DNA of 64,000 nucleotides from an uncultured Chloroflexia bacterium (GTDB taxonomy: Bacteria > Chloroflexota > Anaerolineae > Anaerolineales > Anaerolineaceae), in the NCBI GenBank assembly GCA_963702935.1, contig OY969772.1:2588615-2652614 (forward strand). Direction: 5' to 3'. Every line of letters starts with the position of its first letter. The stretch's first letter is position 1. Under the pieces are notes generated by a model. That model was not told the origin of the DNA, ran no database searches, and saw only the letters and a program-made list of their open reading frames with translations. The position numbers were made by a program, and so were the translations under genes. Shown here piece after piece: positions 57,801 through 64,000 of this stretch.

Positions 57801-58355
57801 GAACAGCCGGACGCTTTCTGGGGGCCGCGTGAAATCGTGGTGGACGCTAAGGGCCACGTGTATATTACCGACACCGGCAATAAGCGTGTGGTCATCTTCG
57901 ACTCGGATGGGAATTACCTGGCCCAATTCGGAGGCACGGGCGCGCAGCCCGGGCAGTTCGACGAGCCGGTGGGCATTGCCCTGGATAAAACCGGCAACGT
58001 CTACATCGCCGACACCTGGAACCAGCGCGTGCAGGTCTTCGCTCCGGACGCGACCGGCCTCAACTTCACCTCGCTCGCTTCCTGGGACATCTCCGGCTGG
58101 TATGGCCAATCCCTGGATAACAAGCCCTATATCGCGGTGGACAGCCAGCAGCACGTCTTTGTGACGGACCCGGAGGCGTACCGTGTGCTGGAGTTCAGCG
58201 ACAAGGGAGACTTCATCCGCGCCTGGGGAGATAACTCCACCGGCGCGGACGGCTTCGGCCTGCCGGACGGCATCGCGGTGGACGCCCAGGATCACGTGTG
58301 GGTGAGCGACGCCGCCAACAACCGCATCATGCGCTTCACTCTGCCGGCGCAGTAA
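54866..58355 (+). pseudogene. GT-C-like polytopic membrane protein (TIGR03663-like) fused to C-terminal NHL-repeat beta-propeller; frameshifted as assembled
   Basis: HDETNHVVPSW...YRHDPVTHGPLQFHL in the N-terminal part. ORF 54866..56164 reads ...LGNAAMFY, then the sense continues in ORF 56004..58355 as TIFIVLFTTFFTNGMGFVTG. The shift is at about 56003..56007. The C-terminus has six NHL-like blades (e.g. GQFNQPWGVAVGPDGSVYVADTWNNRIQKF). Confidence 0.75.
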
Positions 58356-58428
58356 GGGTTAGGATGGGTAAAAACGGGAGGGACGCACGGCCGTGCGTCC
58401 CTCCTTATTTTAATGTTGCCGGGTGGTC

Positions 58429-59067
58429 TTATCCTTCCCCGTCCAAACGCACGATCTCGCCCGCCACTTCCCCGCCGGGGAAGATGCGCAGCAAGCCCAC
58501 CGTCGGGGATTTCCAGCCGGGCAGGCTGATGACCCCCGCCGCGCCCGGGTTGAAGAGCAGGCGCCCGGCGACCCACAGGTTGGCCGGGCGGTGGGTGTGC
58601 CCGTAGACGATCACGCGCGCCCCCGGGTAGGCTTTGAGCAGCGGGCGCTGGTAACGCTCCGCGCGGTAGCCCCTCAAAAGATATTGGAATTTATCGAAGA
58701 GATAGCGGCTCCAGCCGCCGTGCCCGTGGGCCAGCACGACCTGCACGCCGGCGAATTCCAGGCGCGCCTGCATGGGCAGCGAGCCGCGCAGCAGCCAGTC
58801 CCGGTTGCCGAGCACGGCCGTCACCGGCGCGACCCGGCCCAGCTCTGCCAGCACGGCCGGCGTGGAGATGTCCCCCGCGTGCAGGATGGCGGTCACCCCG
58901 GCTTCCTGGAAGAGAGGCATCACCCGGGGGTGCAGCCGGCGCGCCCGGTCGGGAACGTGCGTGTCGGAGATCACTCCCAGGGTGACCAGGGGAGCCGCAT
59001 TTGGGGGGAGAGGGGGAGAAGCCATCAAGGTTGGGTTGGCCGGAGAGGAAGATACGGGTACAGGCAA
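58429..59067 (-). CDS. metallophosphoesterase (YfcE/MJ0936-like)
   Basis: LGVISDTHVP, HAGDI, GNRD and VYGHTHRP motifs. The start may be the internal ATG at about 59025. Confidence 0.8.
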   Translation of the reverse strand: MPVPVSSSPANPTLMASPPLPPNAAPLVTLGVISDTHVPDRARRLHPRVMPLFQEAGVTAILHAGDISTPAVLAELGRVAPVTAVLGNRDWLLRGSLPMQARLEFAGVQVVLAHGHGGWSRYLFDKFQYLLRGYRAERYQRPLLKAYPGARVIVYGHTHRPANLWVAGRLLFNPGAAGVISLPGWKSPTVGLLRIFPGGEVAGEIVRLDGEG

Positions 59068-59179
59068 CCGATTTTATCATACATTTCGATCCTCTATGAA
59101 AGTCCCCCTCTCCGTAAACCGGTGAGGGGGACTTGAGGGGTTGAGGTCTCATCGCCTGCGGCGACGGCTTAGAAGCCCG

Positions 59180-60178
59180 CTACATATCCTTGTAATAAGC
59201 GATGGTGCGCTGCACGGCGCGAAAGCTGAGGCGATTGTACAGGCGCAGTGCGCCGGTCAGGTTTTCTGTGTCCACGAACAGGCCGGCGTACTCCATGCCG
59301 TTGGTCTTGAACGAGCTCATGCTGCGGTCGAGCAGGCTGGCGGCCAGCCCGCGCCCGCGCCAGGAACGGCGCACCGCCAGGCTATCGATCCAGCCCTCTC
59401 GCAGGCCCTGGCGGGCATTGTCTTCGGTATGCACCTGGCACAGGCAAGCGCCCGCCACCTGTTCTCCATCCAGGGCCACGAAGGACAGCTCCGGATGGAA
59501 AGTGCTCGCATGGGTGAAATGCAGCGCCCACCTCTCCGCCGAGAGCGGCTCGGAGCCCCAATGGTCCCGGAAGGCTTCGTTGGTGGCCTCGCGCACGGCT
59601 TCGTCCAGCTCGAGCGTCCAGTTGACCAGGCGCAGCCCCGTGGGAACGGGTTGTGCGGGGCTCGCCAGGCTCAAATCGCGGCGCATCTTGAAGTAATAGC
59701 GTCGCGCTTCGAAGCCATGCTGCTCGAACAAATGGATGCGATCGGCGGCGGTGGAAGGCGCGTTGACTTGCAGCCGGCGGGGCAGCTCATCCTGATAGCC
59801 GGACAGGCGCTGGATACCGCGGCGCTCGAGCCAGCGCAGCATGGCGCTCCCCAGGCCGCGCCGGCGGTGCTGCGGATGCACTCCACCCCACAGGAAGGCG
59901 CGGCGTTGCCTCTCGGCCTGCGGGTCGAGGAAGACCCAGCCCAGGGCCGCCACCTGCCCCTCTGGAGTCACGGCGATCAGCGTGTCCGTCTCGGAGCTGG
60001 AGGCCGGATCGTCGAAGTCTCGCTGGATTTCGTCCGGCTCGCCGGCGTAAGTCGTGTCGTCGGCAGCGTCCATGTCGATGGAATAGCGGTAGAGGGCCGG
60101 CGCGTCTTCGCGCCTGGCCGCCCGCCAGGTGTAATCCGTTAGCAACGGTAAGGTAAGGGTTGGTTGTATGGTCGTCAT
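59180..60178 (-). CDS. tandem-GNAT acetyltransferase (MshD-like architecture)
   Basis: Two GNAT cores (VHPQHRRRGLGSAML and LAVRRSWRGRGLAASLL). ATG 60178 follows GGAGA. Paralog of 25979..27024. Confidence 0.8.
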   Translation of the reverse strand: MTTIQPTLTLPLLTDYTWRAARREDAPALYRYSIDMDAADDTTYAGEPDEIQRDFDDPASSSETDTLIAVTPEGQVAALGWVFLDPQAERQRRAFLWGGVHPQHRRRGLGSAMLRWLERRGIQRLSGYQDELPRRLQVNAPSTAADRIHLFEQHGFEARRYYFKMRRDLSLASPAQPVPTGLRLVNWTLELDEAVREATNEAFRDHWGSEPLSAERWALHFTHASTFHPELSFVALDGEQVAGACLCQVHTEDNARQGLREGWIDSLAVRRSWRGRGLAASLLDRSMSSFKTNGMEYAGLFVDTENLTGALRLYNRLSFRAVQRTIAYYKDM

Positions 60179-60265
60179 ACGATTCTCCGATCTGCCAGGG
60201 TAGAGGGGTGAGCGCTGTCGCTTTTCTCTGATTTCCATTCTCTACTCTCTATTTTCTATTCTCAT

Positions 60266-61094
60266 CTATCCATTCCGGTGCAATTTGCCCGTGCGCTTGG
60301 CGTAGCGCTCGGCCCGCCCGAAGATCCACAAGCCGGCCGGGATGAGCAGGGAGCCCATTAACAGCACCGGCCAGACGTAGGCCCACAACTGCGCTGTCGG
60401 CAACCCTTCCAGCAAGGCCCGGCGGGTGCCGGTCAGCACGTAGGTAGCCGGGCTGAACACGGCGATCTTTTGCAGGGCCCCCGGCAGTACGTCCACCGGA
60501 TAATACACGCCCGAGACCAGCAACAGCAGGGCGATGAACACGTGCGTCATCTGCTCGCCGCGCTCCGGGAAGAGCAGCGGCAGCACCGAGGCCATAATGC
60601 CGATGCCGATGAACGAGAAGCTCCCGGCGATCAGCATCAGCGTTCCGCCCAACAGGTTGGCCTGGCTCAGGTCGAGGTTGAACATGAGGGTGGTGACCAG
60701 CAGGATGACGCCCGTGAAGAACAGGCTGTAGCTGACTGCGAAGAAGGTCTGCCCGCTCATGTGTGTGACGCGCCGCACCGGCGCCATGAGGGTGTATTCG
60801 ATGGTGCCCTCCCAGCGCTCGATGCCGATCAGGTTGGTGATCCAGTAGAAGATGGTGGACAAATAGCGCCACACCAGCGTGCCGATCAACAGGTACAGCA
60901 CCAGGTAGCGTCCGCTTTGAGGCGAAGCGCCGCCAATTTTTTCCATGCCCAGGCCGATAAAGCTCACCGAGAGGCTCTCGGCGATGGAATACACCATCCA
61001 GACCAGCTCCCATGACCAGTAACGCTTGATCAGGTTCAGGTTGCGCTCGACAAAGGCATAAGATGCCCGAAATCTGGGTAACAACGGTTGACAT
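60266..61094 (-). CDS. ABC-2 type transporter permease; start region ambiguous
   Basis: Six TM helices with FVERNLNLIKRYWSWELVW at the N-terminus. ATG 61094 (4 nt after GGAGG) is one frame off the permease frame. The in-frame alternative is TTG 61084. Confidence 0.75.
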
Positions 61095-61107
61095 TTGACC
61101 TCCGATT

Positions 61108-61668
61108 TTAGGGCGCGGCTTGCGTGGCTTCCCATTCGCTGCGCAAGATGCCCATGTAGACCACGTCCCAGCGCCGTCCGGCGCGCTTCATCCATTGGTG
61201 GGTGCGGCCTTCCTCGCGAAAGCCGGCTTTTTCGTAGCAGCGGATGGCGCGCGGGTTGTACTCGAAGACGGTCAGGGACACGCGATGCAGGTTGAGCTGG
61301 CAAAAGCCGTAGCTCAAGATCACCCGCATGGCGTCTGTCCCGTAACCCTTTCCCCAGTAATCTCGTTCGCCGATGCCGATGCCGACCCAGGCGTTGCCGG
61401 CGATGCGGTCGATGCCGTCCAGGCCGATGTCGCCGATCAGACGATCCTCCTCCAGGGTGTAGATGGAGAAGGGATAAGCGTTCGGGGATTTCAAGTCCTC
61501 CTCGGTCCAGCTCTTGATCTGCTCGGCTGAGAAGGGGCGGGCCGGGCCGCCGCCCGCCAGGCGCAGAAACTGGCTGTCGCGGCCCCAGCGGGAAGAGACC
61601 GGGCCGACCTTTTCGGGGTCGGGCACCGCCAGGCGCACCAGCTTTCCGGTCAAGACGTTTGTATTCAT
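61108..61668 (-). CDS. GNAT family N-acetyltransferase (RimJ/RimL-like)
   Basis: 186 aa. IGDIGLDGIDRIAGNAWVGIGIGERDYWGKGYGTDAMRVILSYGF...LHRVSLTVFEYNPRAIRCYEKAGF. The N-terminal extension of track ORF 61108..62208 is a shadow. Confidence 0.85.
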   Translation of the reverse strand: MNTNVLTGKLVRLAVPDPEKVGPVSSRWGRDSQFLRLAGGGPARPFSAEQIKSWTEEDLKSPNAYPFSIYTLEEDRLIGDIGLDGIDRIAGNAWVGIGIGERDYWGKGYGTDAMRVILSYGFCQLNLHRVSLTVFEYNPRAIRCYEKAGFREEGRTHQWMKRAGRRWDVVYMGILRSEWEATQAAP

Positions 61669-62249
61669 CGTTCTACCTCCTCCAGGGGAGTATTCCACTT
61701 GCTTTGCGTCAGGCAATAACCCAACAGGTCCCAACGGCGGCCGGCGTAATAGCTCCGCTCCCTTTGCCGCACTTCCAGGGTAAAGCCCAAATCTTCCAGG
61801 ACTTCGATCTGGCCGCGACGGTAAGCGGGCGCCCAGGCGCGCACCGAAAACAGCCCCAGCTCGTCGAAAGCGTAATCCAGCGCGAGCCGGTGCATTTCTT
61901 TCAGATAGGCGGCGAAGGCCTCGGGATCGCCGACGCCGGCCTCCAGCGCGCCGTCGCCGTTGACCCAATAGATGTGGTGGATGCGCACGAAGCCGATCAG
62001 GCGATCGTCTTCCCGCAGGCGCGCGGCGAAGCAGAAAGCGCGGTTCTTTTCGGTGTCTTCCTTCTCTTGCGCCTGGCGCAGCTCTTTGACCTCCTTGGGC
62101 AGCAGAGGGCGCAGGGGTTCTTCGCGTAGCAGGCCGGCGTATTCCAGATTGTAGGACCAGGCCGCTTCGATCTCCGGGTCTTTCTCCAGGTCGAACGCGG
62201 TCAGGCATACGGCTTGTCCTTGAAATAATGGGGCATCGATCTCGTTCAT
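61665..62249 (-). CDS. GNAT family N-acetyltransferase
   Basis: 194 aa with GNAT-like core LIGFVRIHHIYWVNGDGALEAGVGDPE...YAFDELGLFSVRAW. ATGA overlaps at both ends. Confidence 0.7.
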   Translation of the reverse strand: MNEIDAPLFQGQAVCLTAFDLEKDPEIEAAWSYNLEYAGLLREEPLRPLLPKEVKELRQAQEKEDTEKNRAFCFAARLREDDRLIGFVRIHHIYWVNGDGALEAGVGDPEAFAAYLKEMHRLALDYAFDELGLFSVRAWAPAYRRGQIEVLEDLGFTLEVRQRERSYYAGRRWDLLGYCLTQSKWNTPLEEVER

Positions 62250-63139
62250 GCTTCTTCCTCCTCTTCTTCGTCCTTGTTAGCGAGCTTCTTTCCGGTCAGT
62301 TCCAGGAAGACGTCTTCCAGGGTCGTGTCTCGCCCGTCTGCCGCCGCGATGAGAGTTTTGAGCTTTTCCGGGGTGTCCAGGGCCACGACCTTGCCGCTGT
62401 CCATGATGGCGATGCGGTCGCACAGCGTCTCGGCCTCGACCATATCGTGGGTGGTCAGCAGGATGGTGGCGCCGTGCTCCTGGCGCAGCTCGCACACCAC
62501 CGCCTGGACTTCGCGCTTGGAGCGCGGATCCAGCCCGGTGGTAGGCTCGTCCAGCAGGAGCAGGCGCGGGTGGGAAAGCAGCGCGCGGGCGATGGCGACC
62601 TTTTGCTGCATTCCCCGCGACATCTCTTCCATGGGGCTGTAGATAGAACGCTTCTCCAGTCCCAGGCGGGTGAGGATCTCTACCACCTGGCGGCGAGTGT
62701 CTTTGCCGGCCATGCCGTACAGGCGCGCTCCGTAGAGCAGGTTCTCCATGGGGGAGAGCTTTTTGAAGAACGAGGCTTCCACGCTGACACGGTTGATCAG
62801 GCGCTGCACCTGCATGGGCTGGCGTACCACGTCGTAGCCGAAGACGGTCACCTGGCCGTGGTCGGGCAGCAGCAGGGTGGAGATGAGGCGGATCAGCGTA
62901 GATTTTCCACCTCCGTTGGGTCCCAGAACGCCGAAGATCTCGCCCTCGTGCACGTTGAAGGACACCCGGTTGACCGCCACGACCACGCTCTTGTTGTGAC
63001 CATTGGCGGAGCCAGGATGGCCATTAGGACCGTGCGAGCCGTTCCTGGCGCTGCCGTTGTGGAACATGCGCTTCCAGAAAGGCTCGCCGGGCTTGCCAAA
63101 TTGTTTGAAAACTTCGTTTACGATGATTGCTTCGGACAT
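62246..63139 (-). CDS. ABC transporter ATP-binding protein (ABC-2/DrrA-like) with a His/Asn/Gly-rich N-terminal insertion
   Basis: GPNGGGKST, MSRGMQQKVAIARAL, LLLLDEPTTGLD and TTHDM. ATG 63139 lies 7 nt after AGGAGGAAG. Insertion: NGSARNGSHGPNGHPGSANGHNKS. Confidence 0.9.
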   Translation of the reverse strand: MSEAIIVNEVFKQFGKPGEPFWKRMFHNGSARNGSHGPNGHPGSANGHNKSVVVAVNRVSFNVHEGEIFGVLGPNGGGKSTLIRLISTLLLPDHGQVTVFGYDVVRQPMQVQRLINRVSVEASFFKKLSPMENLLYGARLYGMAGKDTRRQVVEILTRLGLEKRSIYSPMEEMSRGMQQKVAIARALLSHPRLLLLDEPTTGLDPRSKREVQAVVCELRQEHGATILLTTHDMVEAETLCDRIAIMDSGKVVALDTPEKLKTLIAAADGRDTTLEDVFLELTGKKLANKDEEEEEEA

Positions 63140-63175
63140 CTTTACTTCCTCCTCGGGCCGGTGGATGAGTCCGGC

Positions 63176-63210
63176 GGAAAAATAAAAGGCCACAGAACAG
63201 GTCCGTGGCC
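63176..63210 (-). terminator. intrinsic terminator 2 in the leader of the ABC-2 operon
   Basis: Minus strand reads ggccacgg-acctgttc-tgtggcc followed by TTTTATTTTT. It ends about 35 nt before the ATPase ATG. Confidence 0.6.
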
Positions 63211-63230
63211 TTTGTGGGGAAGGGGGGCGA

Positions 63231-63273
63231 TTAAAACAAATCGGCCACGGGATCTGGAGTGTCACCCGTGGCC
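63231..63273 (-). terminator. intrinsic terminator 1 in the leader of the ABC-2 operon
   Basis: Minus strand reads ggccacggg-tgacactccagat-cccgtggcc followed by gaTTTGTTTT. Confidence 0.55.
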
Positions 63274-63294
63274 GCTATAAGCTCGAAATTCGTT

Positions 63295-63396
63295 CTAGCG
63301 ATGAATAGGCGCACTCCGAGAAGGCATTTCAACACCGCCGCTGGCATCGACGGCGTGAAGCCGGATGGTGCAGATGAACGCGGGATAAACCTTCAT
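63295..63396 (-). CDS. candidate 33-codon leader ORF (MKVYPAFICTIRLHAVDASGGVEMPSRSAPIHR)
   Basis: ATG 63396 has AAAGGA about 10 nt upstream. The ORF lies between a promoter-like TTGACA/TACACT pair and the two leader terminators. It is the 3' part of the implausible track ORF 63295..63681. Confidence 0.35.
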   Translation of the reverse strand: MKVYPAFICTIRLHAVDASGGVEMPSRSAPIHR

Positions 63397-63435
63397 CCAG
63401 TACGGTCCTTTCTTCGCAGGATTAATTACGGCCCT

Positions 63436-63465
63436 AGTGTAACATAGGCGTGGCGCGCGTGTCAA
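63436..63465 (-). promoter_or_regulatory. candidate sigma-70-type promoter (TTGACA, 18 nt spacer, TACACT)
   Basis: Read on the minus strand immediately downstream of the PD40-repeat gene stop. It would give a leader of about 290 nt. Confidence 0.4.
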
Positions 63466-63482
63466 GCATGAAATTGTGGAGA

Positions 63483-64000
63483 TTAAGGAGCGCATTTTCC
63501 GAATATTTCCAGATTGGCGCCGGTCTGCACCGCCAGGTAGCTTCCGTCCGGCGAGAAGGCAGCCGGGCCGGCGCTGGCGCCGCCCAGGTCTAACTGATAA
63601 CAACTCCCCTGGTCCACCACGAGCACCCACAGGTTGCCGTTGCCATCCGGGTAGATCACCTGACTTCCGTCCGGGGACCACATCGGTTGCAGGGTCTGGA
63701 AGGGAGCCAGCAAGTTGGGGGTGAAGTCTACTCCCGCCGCGCCGGCGATGTCGAACAAGGTCACTTTCCCTGTGGAGGCGTCGTAAATCCCCACCCCGAG
63801 TGGGTTATCCGTGTCGGCGGCCAGCGATCCGTCGAACCAGGTGCCGTCGGCGTTTAGCTTGCTGTCGCCCAGGCTGAGGAAGGCGATGCGCCCGCCTTGC
63901 GGCGACCAGACGGCGCTGGTGGCCCCCACCAACAGGCGGGACGCCTGGCCGCTGCTCAAATCGTAGGACCACAGCTCGGGCGCTTGCACGGCGATGTGGG
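63483..64000 (-). CDS. PD40/TolB-like beta-propeller repeat protein, C-terminal part; 5' end off the window
   Basis: WSPQGGRIAF, WSPDGSQVIY and FSPDGSYLAV are PD40 repeat motifs. The frame stays open to position 64000. Confidence 0.7.
   Translation of the reverse strand, partial: HIAVQAPELWSYDLSSGQASRLLVGATSAVWSPQGGRIAFLSLGDSKLNADGTWFDGSLAADTDNPLGVGIYDASTGKVTLFDIAGAAGVDFTPNLLAPFQTLQPMWSPDGSQVIYPDGNGNLWVLVVDQGSCYQLDLGGASAGPAAFSPDGSYLAVQTGANLEIFGKCAP

Noticed and set aside
54869-58295. Long minus-strand ORFs 54869..56050, 55917..56900 and 56967..58295
   Set aside because: All are antisense to the GT-C/NHL gene, whose NHL repeats and TM helices are clear. Their translations are Arg/Gly/Asp/His-rich.
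61108-62208. 366-aa ORF as one large GNAT protein
   Set aside because: The N-terminal 180 residues are Arg/Pro/Gly-rich and overlap the better GNAT ORF 61665..62249 in another frame. ATG 61668 overlaps that gene's stop as ATGA.
63140-63482. A known housekeeping RNA (tmRNA, SRP RNA, RNase P RNA, 6S) or a common riboswitch in the 340-nt gap
   Set aside because: None of the conserved core sequences of those RNAs or of TPP, SAM, cobalamin, FMN, glycine or fluoride riboswitches is visible on either strand. A leader-ORF plus terminator reading fits better.
1-64000. Genomic island, prophage or defence island
   Set aside because: I saw no integrase, transposase, phage structural genes, tRNA attachment site, restriction, toxin-antitoxin or nuclease/helicase-type defence genes. 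Apart from short AT-rich promoters, composition looks uniform.

Overview
GC-rich bacterial chromosomal segment. Gene content and the hairpin-rich intergenic repeats suggest Chloroflexota, but that is a low-confidence inference. I support about 60 protein genes, mostly housekeeping, and found no rRNA, tRNA, CRISPR array, integrase or transposase.

Main blocks:
- Cell-envelope and peptidase genes: DPP-IV-like peptidase, GT4 glycosyltransferase, DedA, lipid kinase, LysM-M23 peptidase.
- An ABC-F ATPase preceded by an attenuator-like leader.
- A large secreted protein made of eight roughly 105-aa Ig-like repeats.
- A contiguous 8.8-kb System I cytochrome c maturation cluster (ccmE-F-H-G, a ccmI-like gene, a diheme cytochrome c, then ccmA-B-C-D). 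Its CcmE carries CxxxY instead of HxxxY.
- A GAF histidine kinase with a NarL-type regulator, a degenerate receiver, a pentaheme NapC/NirT-like cytochrome, and sdhCDAB.
- A penicillin-acylase-family gene.
- A second NarL-type two-component system, divergent from a DUF2807 gene and a membrane-protein gene.
- A GT-C-like membrane protein fused to NHL repeats.
- An ABC-2 exporter operon with two GNAT genes between the ATPase and permease genes. It is preceded by a leader holding a 33-codon ORF and two intrinsic terminators.

Points worth a second look:
1. At least eight conserved genes carry single-base frame disruptions, and one also has an in-frame TAG. Two further genes are possible cases.
2. 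A family of about 160-bp MITE-like elements (three copies) has a three-way-junction core kept intact by compensatory base changes.
3. Both ABC systems have leader-ORF plus terminator architectures.
4. An uncharacterised extracytoplasmic domain is shared by the ccm-embedded cytochrome and a zinc-ribbon membrane protein.
5. A 19-nt hairpin unit is tandemly repeated four times.

I did not recognise a defence system or any clearly novel multi-gene system. All homology calls come from reading motifs by eye and need database confirmation.
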